Origin: Vicugna vicugna
Lineage: Eukaryota
DNA length: 64,000 bases
Reading direction: 5' to 3'
Assembly: GCA_013265495.1 (NCBI GenBank)
Contig: MU058636.1
Coordinates: 4,251,741 to 4,315,740, forward strand
This document shows, one piece after another, positions 50,711-64,000 of the stretch. The position numbers and the translations under genes are program-made. Every line of letters starts with the position of its first letter. Position 1 is the first letter of the stretch. The notes below the pieces were generated by a model. It was not told the origin of the DNA. It did no database searches and worked only from the letters and a program-made list of their open reading frames with translations.

Positions 50711-52170
50711 GTAAGGCTGCTGCTTTCTCGCTTAAACAGACGTCCAGCCTGCATTGTCATTGTCATTATCACTAATTCCTTGTACTCCCATCCTAGCAAT
50801 TTTTAGACGCAACAAAATTTTCATGGAAACTTGCCTTTAAATGTTGTTAAAATTGTAGAAAAGATAGCTTTAAAAACCGATGTTGAATAAACCAACTATA
50901 ATGGAGAAGATTTTTTTTAGTATTTGAAAAAAATAAGACAAATCAATAAATTAAAATCTTGTCTTACGAAGTTTCAACCTGTTGAATTTTGTACATAAAT
51001 TGTATATAGCTGTTAGTTGCTATGTTTTGTTGTTAACATAGTTAGACTGGGAACTGCAAAACCACAGACAAATCTAAAAATCAGTATCTCTCCCTAAGAG
51101 CAAACCTATGAAAAATAAAATAATTAAAAATGTACAGAAGTTACGTACTTAGGTAATTCTCTTTTCTTTTTAAAATTTTAAACATTTTCATTTTAGCCAA
51201 ACTGCTCATGTTCAAGTCAGTGGCATTTTTTTTTGTAAAGCTGAGAAAAAAATAAAATTTAATCTTCGCCTGGTTTTAGAGAGAACTGTAGACTTACTTT
51301 GTTATGAGCTTGTACACTTGCAAAAATCTATTGATCGTACTCAAGGCATGTTGGGTTTATTGCTGTTATTCAAAAATGTATCTGCTTAAGTTCATAGTCT
51401 TTCTTAAAGACTATTGATGAAGAATAAAAGTTAGAATTTCAAATTATGTTTGTTTTCTGAGCAACTTGTTTTAGGTTTCTTAAGTGTTTAATTTTATTAA
51501 ATGAATTCAACTAAATATTTTAAATATTGAAATAAAATGCAATATTTATGAGCAGTCTTTTGATTGTAAAGAACTTCTAACAAATAAATTTTTAATATTT
51601 GAATTTATTTTCAATTTGGAACACTAAAACTTTATGTTTCAAATTATTTTAAAATATCATTTTAATACACATAGCACAATTTTTGTTTTGTATTTTAATC
51701 TTTCTTACATGAAACCTTAAGTGTTATCTAAGGAGAAACAATATATGAACTCATTTTGTATGAAATACAGTTGTGGAACGCAGTCTACTTCTTGATTTAA
51801 GATCTTCTTCCCTCAGAAGTTAATGCCCTGTGCACATTTGTAATATTCAATTTTTAATGATTTTTAAGAATAGGCAGTTTTAAAAGTAGGTTTTTGGATT
51901 CAACACACCTCATAGAGGTTATCACTGCTCTTAAAAATTATTTAATGTACAGGAATGTAGCTCCTGTTAACCAATTTTTCTTAAAGTACTGCTTTTACAT
52001 ATGGTAATGCATCTAATTGATTTGCCTTAGAAAAATAAAATCTATATGAGAAGAAAAACATTTATTATTAAAACAATGTTTTAAGATTCACCACAAAGTA
52101 ATGGTGTTCTTTAAACTAAAAGAGAAAGAATTTTAAACATTTTTTTAAAATTTTTAAGTAAATGTCATTT

Positions 52171-52307
52171 AAAAAATTTTTTATTGAAGTGTAGTTGATT
52201 TACAATTTAGTTTCATGTGTACAGCAAAGCGATTCAATTGTACATATACGTACATATATATTTACTATATTCAGTTTCTTGTAATAAGCTGTAATGGAAA
52301 ATAATCT
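52171..52307 (-). mobile_element. Short L1 3' end with internal inversion
   Basis: Antisense 3' end followed by a sense-oriented piece (actatattcagtttcttgtaataagctgtaatggaaaa), flanked by gtaaatgtc direct repeats. Confidence 0.65.
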
Positions 52308-54949
52308 GTAAATGTCGTATTTATAATCTATAATACCAACTTGATAATTATTTATTCATTGTAATTCCCTGGAAAGTTTTATTCTAATTTTATATTACTT
52401 TTGATTGCTAATTAAAACCTTTATATTTAAAGTTAGATATGTTAGTCAATGCTTTGATATCTTATTCTCACTTAGAAAAAATAATAATTTGCTATATATA
52501 ATAGCAAAACTTTTTTCTTTTTCACAATACAGTTATAGTTAAGTTAGTTAAAGCAGTTAAAATTATACAGTTAAAGCAGTAAGACTCTTTATACTAAACA
52601 AAGAAAAGTCATTTAGAATTATGTAAGGGTAAAAATTGCTTTTTAAATTTAAATTAGTATTTGTGATAGATTCTTAGGCCAGATCTATACAAAAGGAAAA
52701 GTTAGAAATTATATGATTACCTTTTTTCCGTTCTGGCCATGATCACCCTTGGGTGCCTAAGGAATGAATAACTATCTTAAGCTACAGACATTAATTAATA
52801 AGTAAAGACAACATGTCTTATTATCACTTTCTATATGTTTTTTTATCATCAGTTTATTCACTGGGTATCCTTATTAACCAGCTTTAAACGCCCTCCAAGA
52901 AAAGGTTAACTATGAACAATATTACAAACCAAAACACAAATACTTAATTGGGAAATTAAAAGCATGAGGTATTGAGAATGCTACCTGATAACTATCAGTT
53001 GCTACTTATTCAAATAATTTGCTAATCTTGAAAAATGCAGTCATCAAAAGCAGGGCCAGAGCAGCATTTTGAAGTGAGCAGTATTTGACTGCCCCCTAAT
53101 GGACTAGTTCAAATCTCAGCTTGGTCCTTTCTAAGTAATGTCAGCTCATCTTGGAGGCTGTGACTCAAGAAGAGGTTTTTCAAACTCAATTTTAATTTCA
53201 CACAATTACACTCATGCTGCCAATAGCTGTGAAAATCAATTAGATTGCAGGCCAGTCATACTGAGAGGCTAACGCAAGCCCGTTAATGAGAAAGAAACTC
53301 ACCTGCTTCAGGGCTAAAAGGAGTCCGTGGGGGCGGGGTGGGGGGAGGAGGAAAAATATCAGGAACCTAGGAGTTAAGGCCATTTGCGTTACATTATCTT
53401 TAAAGGCACTAACTACATATATCTCACAACAGATGTTTATTCATTTGCTCACCTTACTGTGAATGAATATGACCAGATGTAATGAAAGAGTTTTACGGAC
53501 TCTCACTTGAAGTGACAAAATTGGCTGTCACCTGAATTTTGAAGACAAAAATGGGATGTTACTTTCAAATAAGTTGATATTGAAAAATGGCACATTTCTA
53601 TCCTAGAAAATTGCGGCTTGAGTAAAATTCTATTAACTAAGAATAGTTTTGTGTTCACAGTTACATGATAAATGCACACAGTTTTTAAGAGTATATATAT
53701 ATATATGTAGATATATATCTGAGAATCTAAAACAGCTTGGTTTATTTGCTTCGTAAATATGTAACTTAACATTCATCAGGCAAAATGAATGTGTTTTACA
53801 TGAGAAATAATAGTGGAATTAGAGGAAGAATTTTAAATGCTTTGTTCACCTGCATCAGTTCCTCACCACTGTTACTCTGGATGTTGAGTACGTATAGAAA
53901 AAAAATAAGCTTGCAATAAATATTATCCTCATCAGTGGTATATTACTTTTATTTTTCACCCAGGGAAGTTCTGTGTTAGAAGAATAAGTGTTTGATAAGG
54001 GAAGATAATTTTATCTCCCGTTTCTCCAGGTGTGAATTCTCTTTTTTGGAGCCTTAGACATCTTCATGAAGTCAGAGGGGGTTTTCTCCTGCAGCTGTCT
54101 CCCTCTGAGTGGTTTCAGAACTGCCTCAGCATAGCCATTGGAGTGTTCACATCTGAGCCGTATTTATTACATGAGTATCTCAGGGATTTACCCTTGAGGG
54201 TGATCCAGTTCCAGGTCTCATGCTCAGTTTACAGAGGCACCACCACTGCTTTCGCTGCTGGCCCTGAGCAAGGGGCAATATTCAGATCACAGCCTTGGGT
54301 GGTCAGGCAGAGATATTTCATCCCCAGCTGGGCGTTGTTAGAGGCTCAGTCCCAGAGTGAGGCTTCATGCAGGTTCCAGCCTCTGCTGGTGAGGCTGCGT
54401 TCAGCCGCTTTCTCACACAGGCATGGAAGCCCGTCTAACTGCGATCTAGTCTCGGCCCCTGTCAACCAAGTGGGCTTAGCTCTTCTCACCACCTCGCTGT
54501 TCATGCTCTGGCGGAGATCTTTTTGATAAACTAAATGTTTCAGTGAAAAAGCATAATATCAATCTTCTCTATGTCTATGGAAAAGAGACTGTTGTGGGGA
54601 GCATGTTCAAGATCCTCACAATAGATCATCTTGACCCAAGATTCAGAAAAGAAGGTAGTTTTTATTCTTCAGTATATGCTTAATCAGAGATTAGACATGA
54701 AAGGGTATACACAGCAGAGGTCTGGAATCATGAGGTGAAGTGCTGCACAAATGAAAGGAAAGAGGATGGGAGAGGCAGCAGAGTGGCAAGGATGCGGGAT
54801 TGCAGGGTTAGCAGACCTGTGCTCAAGTCACAGCCCTGATCCTCAGCAGCCTTTGACCTTCAGCAAGCCAGTTAACCTCTCAGCCTCAGCCATAACACTG
54901 GTGTAATTACTGAGTTGCTAAGAACCACTTGTGATAATGTTAGAGAAAT

Positions 54950-55060
54950 AAGATTCTAGGACTCCAGCCCCCGTAGATTTGATAAGTCTAGGGCTGGATG
55001 TGGGACTCTCCACATTTAGGAAGCTCTCCAGGTGATGACCACACCTCTGGAAACACTGGT
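54950..55060. mobile_element. MER5-like hAT element
   Basis: aagctctccaggtgatgaccacacctctggaaacactgg. Confidence 0.55.
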
Positions 55061-56919
55061 ATTGTAATTAGCACACCAAAATATAGGTAAGCTTTCTTCT
55101 ACAAAGAATGCTGACTCCTTGCTGTACTCTTTGTGCACACCAGGATTGCTAATTGGGTTCACTAGGATTATTGGACACATTAATCCTACCTGAAAAGGTT
55201 TTTTTTTTCAATTTTGGCAGTTATAAAGACAAATTAAGTATTTAGCAAGGAAATAGCTGAACCTACATTGTCTAACGATTAATAAAAGTCAAAAAAGTAT
55301 AATTAATATGCAAATTTAGCTATAAAGTAGTCGATGCTAATTAGCACTCCCTCTTTAAGAAATAAGAAGAAATTAGTAAACCAATGACACAAGTGGCTGG
55401 GGAAGAGTCTCTGCTGCTTTGGAGCTAGACCCTCTTTCTCATTCATCACCTGTTCTTGTTTTCCACTTTTTCTTCGATTATGGTCCACCAGTGAACACTG
55501 GACTAGTCATTTGCCTGTCACAGGACAAGAGTGATAATTCAGGATCGTCTCCTCTCCTCCTCTCCCCTCCCCTCTCTTCTCTTTCTTATTCACACCCTGC
55601 CTGAGACTTTCTGTCTCAACCACACAGGCTAAAAATAGAATATCTATTGTAGATGTTTCTCCTCTTAACTTCCTTATATGTAGATTTATGAAATATAAGA
55701 AATTCAAAAGATCTTGATCCTTTTCCATTCTGCCTTTGAGGGCCACTGAAAAAATATCCCCTCAGAAGCTTCGAATTCTGTCTGAGGATGAGAAGAGGGA
55801 GTCCTTATGTCGCCATGCTCATGGGCAGGATAAAAGGTAGTAACTCACACTGAGCATTACTGAAAAGCTGTGTTCTGTTCAGAAGCCACTCCTTTGTGGT
55901 CCTTTCCTGTTTCCTGTTTAAAAATGCCACTCTTATTGTAATAATTCCCTAAAACTAGAACAATCTGCTTCGAAAAGTAAGTTGCCCTCCCTAAGGGCTT
56001 GAGGTTTTGCAAGGGCTATCTTATTTTTATCTGCTCTATGTGAGAATTGTGAGAGTTTTGCAAAGAGTGAAGCATGAGGAAATTACCTTTACTGTAACCT
56101 GAACACAGACGTAGAGCATATGGAACAATAAGCCGGTGGGGGCCAGCTTACCCTGACTACATAGAGACCACCTGGAAATTAGGAGAGGCCTAACCATCTC
56201 TCCTCTGCTATAGTAGACAGCTTCAAGCAGAAATGTCAACATGAAAAAACTGAAGCATTGATACAGGATAAATGAGAAAGAATAATTGAGTGCAGAGCTT
56301 CTTGCATGCACCGAACCCACAACGACGTCATACCCAACACGGGTAGGCGCAGGTTTGGCCTAGTGCTACGGACCATCACTGAAGCCCTAGGTGCTCCCCG
56401 CTTCCACACACAGGGATTTAGGTGTGTGCAGCCCAGTTATGGCAGCTATATTGCTACCCCTGAAAATGTTAATTTAGTTAACAATATTGAGGCAAATAGT
56501 ACACGCTGAAAACTGAGAACTTTTCTAGCCACTGGGAAAATAAAAATTAATAAAATTCCCTTAACAGTAGACTTTGGGAAAAATAAAAATATCTATAATT
56601 GTAATAAAATGCCACAGATGCTACCATTGAGGTATGTGCAAGATACGTTGGGAAGAAAAAAGAGAAAGTTCATACTCTGGTCCCAGAGAGGATCAGTAAT
56701 TTTTTCACAGAAATGACTCCTGAGAAGAGTATCAAAGAGTGATGAAGTGCATAAGGAGAAAAAAATGCACTTCAGATAGAACAGCACAAGCTAAAGTCTC
56801 AGTATCTTATTACCATATAAGTCAGAGCTGCCAGAATATTTTGGTGACTGAGTACACAATAACGATAAAATAAACCCACGGGCTGTGCTTGGTCTGAAAT
56901 CACTTTGAGTGATGACTTT

Positions 56920-58500
56920 GTTCATTTTTAATACTATATAGTATGTCATTGATAAATATACCACAATTTTTATCCACTTTATTTTTTTCAAAGACATTTG
57001 CATTGTTTCCAGTTTGGGGCTGCTATGAGTAATGCTTCTGTGAATATTCTTGTCTGAGTCTCGGTGCACATGTGCATGCATTTGCATGGGCGTGTACCCA
57101 GAACTAAAACTGCCGACTCAGGGTTCTCAAAGTGTGGAGTTTAGTAGATAATGATGAACTGTTTTCTAAAGCATTCTTTCCAGTTAACACCTAACACAGT
57201 GCAGAGGAGTTTGCAGGGCTTCACACTCTCATCAAACAGTGGTTTTTTAAATTACACGTAGCCATACTGGTCATCTGTAGTGATATCTCACTGTAGTTTT
57301 AATTTACATTTCCCTGATTACTAGTTAGATTTAATGTCCATTTGGGTAGCCTGTTTCGTTTAGTATCTGGTCACGTCTCTTGCCCGTTTTCCTATCTTCT
57401 GTTCATCTTTTCTGTATTTATTTGTAGGACTGATCTCTCTTTTTTAATTACAGACTTTTTGCAAACATCTTCTGCTCTGAGGCTTGCCTTCACATTTTCT
57501 TAACAGTAACCTTTGTTTTTTTTTTTGTTAACAGAAGTTCTGAATTTTAATACAATCTAATTTAAATATCTTTCCCTTTATGATTAATGCTTTCACTTTT
57601 TTTTTCATCTCCCTTAAAATGCTACCCTAAAGTCATAAGATTTTCTCCTACATTATCTTCTAAACTCTATTGTTTTATGTTTAGTATTTAGATCTAGAAT
57701 CTACCTAGAGGTGACTATCCCTCACTACTGCTCTGCAGTGACACTTGGTCGTAATCAAATGTCCATATACGTGTTTCTCTCTTTCTGAATTTTCTGAGTT
57801 ATTGTCTCATTATAATGAGTCCTGATATACAGGTAACAAGTTCTCTCACCTTGTTTTTCTTCAAGACACACCTGGCTCTTCCTGTCCTTCAGCATTACAG
57901 CATGCCTTTGGGAAACACCTTACCCATTTTGACACACACACACACACACACACGCATGCACTCACACTCTTGGATTTTTATTGGAATTGCTTTGAACCTA
58001 TAGATCAATTTTAGAGAAGAACTAACATCTTTAAAATACTGAATCTCCATTTATTAATGTCTCAATAATTTTACATACTTTGTGTAAATGTCTGGCAGGT
58101 TTTTGTTAGATTTATTCCTAAACACTGTTGATGCTGTAGTAAAAGCATTTTTTAAATATTTCATTGTCTAGTTGTTTGTTGCTAATAAATAGAAGTTAAA
58201 TAGATTTTACAGGAACTTTGATAAGCTCTCTCATACTAATAATTAATTATTTGGGATTTTTTTATGTTCACAATCATATCTTTTGTGAATAATGACGGTT
58301 TTATTTCTTCCAACATCTACGCCATTGAGATTTGCCATGCCTCACTACATTTGCTAAGTCCTGCAGGACAGTCTTGAAAAAACTGTAGTAATAGTGGATA
58401 TCACTGCCTTGTTCCCAGTCTCACAGTGAAAGTCTTCAAAAGTTTACCATTAAGGATATTATATACAGTGGGTTTTTAAAGATATCCTTAATTAAGTCAA
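56920..58500 (-). mobile_element. Old L1 (L1ME/MC-like) fragments
   Basis: ttgtttccagtttggggctgctatgagtaatgcttctgtgaatattcttg...ttggatttttattggaattgc. (CA)n at about 57932. Confidence 0.75.
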
Positions 58501-58989
58501 TTAAGTTGCCCTCTGTTTTTGGTTTGCATCGTTATTTTAAAGTCAGGATCTGAGAGTTTCTTCTCTGGAGCCTCTGTTGTAAGACAAGTTAAGACAAGTG
58601 AGAAACTGGAAGGAAATATTTGTGAGTTATAGGACAGAGAGTTAACCTCCCTGAAGAATTCTGGTAACATTGCCAGATTCGGTTTTCTCACACATAGTTC
58701 CAAACACTGTGTTCCAGGCCACTGCTGTCAGGAATGGAAGTTTCACTAGTCCATGAGCATAAATAAGCTTAGTTTTCCATAAATTTAAATATATTCCTTT
58801 CAAAGGATTGTCTTTTCTTCTGTGGATAGAGTCTGTCAAATTTTTAACAATAAAATACTATTTTTCTAATAATCATCATTACAATGATAATTTAGGGTTT
58901 TTTTTAATGTTCTTGTTTGACAAACTAAAATATTAATAACTCTTTGCAGTTTCCTCTAAATTCTTTAATTGGCTTGATTTTGACCTAAT

Positions 58990-59620
58990 GTGTATCAGTG
59001 GCATTCGGGATACTGAAAGAAAAAGGAACCAATTGCACTGAGAAGATGGGGAGGAGGGGCTAGGAATAGAAGGGGGCATTAGAGAACATGGAGAAGAAAG
59101 AAGTAAACCAGGGCAGTGAGACATCACAATGCCAAGGGAAGAAAGGTTTCAACATGGCAATTGTGGTTGGTTGTGTCAAATGCTGCAGAGAACTTAAGTA
59201 CAATAAAGACTATAAAATATCTGTGGTTTAGTAACAAAGAGGATATTAGTGATTCCAGTGGGAAGAATTTCAATTTGGGAGCAGCAAAGCCAAGACTGAA
59301 TGGTGTGATTCAAAGAAAGAAAGGACGGTGAGGAACTGAAGACACTGTGGAACAAAAATCATGCTTAATTTTGAAGGGAGAAAGCTGTCTCAATTCCAGC
59401 ATGGATATAATAGGATTTGGGTTGGTTAGTTAGTTGATTGATTCATTTGTTGGTTTTGAAGATGGGAGCTGATTAAGACTAATGTTAACAGAAAAACCAG
59501 TGGAGAGACAGGAATATTGAAAATACAGACGAGAAAGGAGGTCTTGCAGAGAGAGTCTGAGAAGAGGAGATTAAGTGGGATATAGAAAGCACATGGAAGA
59601 TTTTCCCAGAGGCAAGGAGG
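58990..59620 (-). mobile_element. L2 fragment
   Basis: tgtgtcaaatgctgcagagaacttaag...aagccaagactgaatgg. Confidence 0.6.
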
Positions 59621-62600
59621 GAGACTGTCATCCTCTGTGCATCATAAAAGAAGCACCCAGGGCCTCAGTGTGGGACTGTGTGGCTTCTGCACAGCTCAAC
59701 ACCAGCAGTTGTGTGAATGGTGCCCCATGCTTGTGTGAGGTACATACTGCCCGGTCATATGCAGCAGCCTTGGATGCAGGAAAATATGTATGTTGTGTGA
59801 CTAGAATTTGAGAGAATTACCACCAGGAAGAATAGCCAGTGAAAGTCTCTTGAGACAGAGAAGTCAACAAATCAGAGTGGAATTAGAGAGCAGTGATAGG
59901 GAAAAGTTGTCACCTGTCCTCTCCACCTTTCCCATGCCAGGTTTCCATCAGGTTTCACCCTACCTCCCTCACAATCATCCTTTCCACGTTCTTCTTCTCT
60001 TCACCCACCACAGCGTTCAGTCTCCAAGCTCTTTGCACACAGACAGGTTTTAGGAAGAAGCTGGGCCCTCAAACTCCTGCAGAATAAGATAGGCATTTAA
60101 ATACTGAAACATAAGATATTAACCTAAAAGAATGCATCCCTCAAGGTGAAGTTCAAGCAGTTTATTGATCAGTAGAAGAGATCTTTTTGGAAGACAATTC
60201 TTTCTTGTGTCTTTATATACCTTAGGACCCATCAAGAATCGTGGTGTTCAGTTTGTGACCCACATAAAAGCACCCAGCTCAGGGGAACATGGGACCAAAA
60301 TCCATCCCTAGTGAGGATGATGTTGGCAACTTGAAATTCTTGTTTTCAATTTTAAATCAATGAGTATTGACCTTACACTATGTTCCACATAGATATCGTT
60401 TTCCCAAGTCTGTCCTAACATTGGGCAATAATCTGAAAGGGAGATGGGGTGATAGTTTCTGCAGAAAATCTGTGAGTAGGAGCCTGAAGAATATTCACCA
60501 ACCTGAGGTGGTTGGTTTGTCCCAGAAGAACACAACAGTAAACGGGGGCTTAGAGAAACTCAGTTAAGTCAGGAATCTTTGAAGTGGGAAGAAGGTGGGG
60601 GTAAGTGTGTGCGTGAACTGGCTCTGAATTCTATGCATTACTGACCTTGGCCACACAGCAATATCAGGGCTGCGAGGACCAAGTAGTGGCATAGAAGGCT
60701 AAGATTTCTTTGTTTAAAAAACAACCACCAAGAGGCCATTTCTCTCCACTCACCTAAACATAAAAGCTTTTTCAGGAAGAGTTTACTAGGTTCCATCAAG
60801 CAAACAATAAATCGTGTACCCTGAAAAGGTATAGACACCCCTCAAAAGTTGGGGGGTCTACCAGGTGGACTCAGCTAATGAGCTGGATTCACCTTTGCTT
60901 CAGTGATGGCGTTGCTGCTCCTCCTGGAGATTCCGGCACCTGATCTCCAGGTGGGATTGGATGTTGTCTGCCTTGTTGACATAGCACATAGTAGGCACTC
61001 AACTACATTTGCTGGATGTTAAATGAATGTTTCTTCTGGTGCCTCAGTAACTGGCTCGTTAGAGTAAATGGCAAAGGCTTCATCTGCATCCGAACTGGAC
61101 TGAGTGCACTCTGGGAAATGGCCTCATTGGCTGGGATCCTCTGGGCTCCCTGTGGATGGTGGGGCCATCATCTCTGGCGTGGATGTGGAGAGAGTCCCAG
61201 CCAGGACACCAGGCTGAGAGGATAAAGGCTTGCTTCTGCTTCATGCAGGACAAGCATTGGCAGAGGATCAGAGAAAGCAAAGAGGGACTTGCACATCTCC
61301 ATCAATTCCCAACCTGAGCACTGAAAACATCATTCTCACCTGTTGTTTCCCAACAAGGAAGGTGTTGGGCAGCGAAGTATGTCCTTAAGCGGCAGTCCAT
61401 TTGGCTTCAAAAAGCTATCAAGGAGTCATTTTAAAGTCCTTTTGCACAGACATGTCCAGAATATTGACCAGGAGAGAGAAGAACTATTACTGAGAAGTTT
61501 TCTTTCACATGTTCAAACCTCCCCTCAGCCATGTGTTTGGCAGACGTCCCATAGAAATTGCTGCGGAAGCTATTGACAGAGCTTTTATATAAGCATCCTC
61601 TATTTTATAATCCTCAAGTTTCAATAAAACTTATCTCTTTCCACTTCCACAGATGGCAGGAAAAATAGACAGCATAACATGATGTCTGCTGAGGGATATT
61701 GATTCTCTTTCAGTATGCCAGTTACAGCAGGGGTGCGTCTTCATTTTCTAAGCTGTATAATGGCAGAATGATAAATGATACATATCTTAAAGACTAAACA
61801 ATATTGTGTCATCAGAATAAAAACATTAGCCTGCAACTTTGGGAATTTTACATTTTAAAGATGTTTTGCCTTTAACTCCTCTTTTATTCCTAAATGACCC
61901 ATTAATTCATTTGTTCATTAAAAAAATCATTGAGGACCAAGTAAGTAAGAGACACTAGGTTACACAATGGGGATTTAGAATACAGAGGGCAAGGGGTAGG
62001 TAGGGAATAGATTTATTTATTTTCTTTCCACAGAAAATTTACACCTTGAGTTATTTTCAGGAAGATTCCATCCTGGGGTGGAAAAGGGAAGGTTTTAGAA
62101 ATACAGTTGGTAGGTTCTGTTTGTACATGGTCAGTTTTTCCCCTCGCCCTTCATTCACCCATACTTGCTAGAAAAAACCCATTATTTTCCCCCAGGGAAA
62201 AGGAAAAAATCTTGATCCTTCTTGTCTGTGACACTTGATAGTTTGGCTCCCTCTAAATGAGTCTGTTTCTGTGAGATGGACATTTAGGTGGATCAAGCCC
62301 TCAGAGAGCTCAAGGTTTTCTGTGTGATAAATCCCATAAAGGAAGACAATATACCGCCTTCAAAATGTTTCACACAGCCTCAGCCTTTTATTTCAAAACT
62401 GTCTTCAATCAAATCTTTACTCACCTCTTCTAGATCAATAAGAAAATATTATTATCAGGATGCTGTAAGGACATTTTTGTGGCTTAATCATTTACAGCCC
62501 TCCGTTCAGCTTTCAAAAGAGATTGGAGACTGCTTATAATAGAAACCATATACGTCATATGGCTTTTAAAATAGAATAACATGGAGAAGTAAGAGAAGCT

Positions 62601-64000
62601 TTCTTATAGTCCTATTACTTCTTTCATAGGCGTCATATGAAAAAAATATCATGCAGTGCTAAGGCATAGCAAGCTTCCATGCTACACAGAGCTTCCATCT
62701 TAAAGCCCTATTTTCTCGCCTCATGCTGAAATTGCCCACGTGCCAGCACTAACCCAGGGTTTACCATGGGCCAGGCACCCTCCAGCACTTTGTAAGCATT
62801 AGCTTGTCTGACACTAACCAGTTGTAATCCCGTCTCATGGTCTCCAGAGTACTTCACTACTAATGAATACTTTTAAATAGTGGGGTCACATTCCATTACT
62901 TGCTCATGAGCTCAACTTAGTGACTTATGATGCCTTTTCAAGTGAGTAAGTTAGAATTGCAATGATCAGAGTTTATCCACCATAGTGAAAGGTAAGTAAT
63001 ATTTCAAGAAATTTGTTTTCTTTGTGTGTGTGTGTGCGTGAGTTTGTACGCTGAATTGTGACATGATATAAAATATGTTTTTAACTATGAGTTACTATCT
63101 TAAACAATTTCTGCTACACTAAGCACATTGAACCTTATTTCCTCATGTTCCAAACACAAGAGGACAACTGGTTTTTATAAATCTGCCCTCTGTAGAAATC
63201 TTTACAAGAACATAGTTAAGAGATTTAAAAATCTGTGACTCAGATGCCTCTCCCTGTGTGAACAGGCTTAACAGGCCAACCCCCAGAGCCACACAGCAGA
63301 GAGTTTTCCTAAAATAGTCAGACCTGACTGGTCTTATGCTTTGTTTCTTGTAGTAAGCCATTCATCGACCACTGCAGAAATAGCAGAGAAAATATTTTTT
63401 GCTTTTGTAAGAACAAAAATCCAGTGGGTAGAAAAGAATCTGAGGGCCACCATCCCCACTTGGGGAAGGTCTAGCAGATACATCAGTAGCAGCTTCCAGG
63501 GGAGGGTGGCGCTGGTGCACCTGGCTGTCCCCAGGAAAGGACCAGATGCAGCTCTTTTAAGTGTTGACTGGATCTCGAAGGTCATCATAACTAACGGACT
63601 AAAGTTCAAAAAAACCAAATAATCTACGCATTCTCTCTGAAGGATGCGCTAAAAGCTTAACATGCACTATGGCTCAGAAAAAGTTTTAGTGCCTTTAACA
63701 AGTTCCTGCCTTTTTACAAATGTTGTGATTTGTGAAACAATAAGGGCCAGCAGGCTTCTCCAGGGAGAGGCTGGCGACCCGTCTAGTGGGAGAACACCTC
63801 ACTACAAGGCAGCCTTCTCTTGGAGGGCCCAGACTTCCCAAGGGCCTTTTCCCAAGAACCAGAGTAGAAGTGCCTGCACTTCCTCAGCCTTCATTCCTCA
63901 TCTTTGTGTGAAGATAATACCAACACAAAGTTGAGATTAAGATGAAATTGTCAGGAAACACCCAGCCTGCAGTAGCTGATGCTGCACAAAAGTTGGCTCT

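Larger units (their letters stand above)
50711..64000 (+). other. RXFP2: RXFP2 intron 1 (partial)
   Basis: Begins at the GTAAGG donor. No LDLa-encoding exon (CQKGYFPCGN-like) was found before the window end. Confidence 0.75.

Noticed and set aside
50711..50775. ORF-track continuation of RXFP2 (GKAAAFSLK...)
   Set aside because: Read-through into intron 1 beyond the GTAAGG donor.
54032..54526. 164-aa ORF, the longest in the track
   Set aside because: GTG start, no recognisable domain, intronic, and probably old LTR-like sequence.
63334..63934. ORFs near the window end as possible RXFP2 exon 2
   Set aside because: No cysteine-rich LDLa pattern in the translations I checked.

Overview
Mammalian (eutherian) genomic DNA, mostly non-coding and rich in old repeats (L1, L2, MIR, CR1, MaLR/ERV LTRs, hAT and Tigger elements). 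The young L1 3' ends look cetartiodactyl, possibly camelid, and I saw no Alu, Bov-tA/BovB, PRE-1 or Can-SINE; the species is an inference. The one gene I recognise is RXFP2 (INSL3 receptor, LGR8): its first coding exon, encoding the signal peptide MFLLLHFILLMDVK, is at 50668-50710 (+). Intron 1 runs to the window end, and I did not find exon 2 (LDLa module). The most unusual signal is at about 4.7-15.5 kb. Manual translation shows ordered, heavily decayed motifs of Penelope-like (PLE) reverse transcriptase plus a GIY-YIG-like endonuclease, in at least 2-3 tandem copies, interrupted by MIR, L2 and MER33 insertions and therefore very old. Two orphan CpG-island promoters flank this region (about 1.9-2.7 kb pointing minus, inside an old L1; about 18.0-18.5 kb pointing plus, toward RXFP2). 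All family and motif assignments come from eye comparison with remembered consensus sequences; no searches were run. Most ORFs in the supplied track are spurious.
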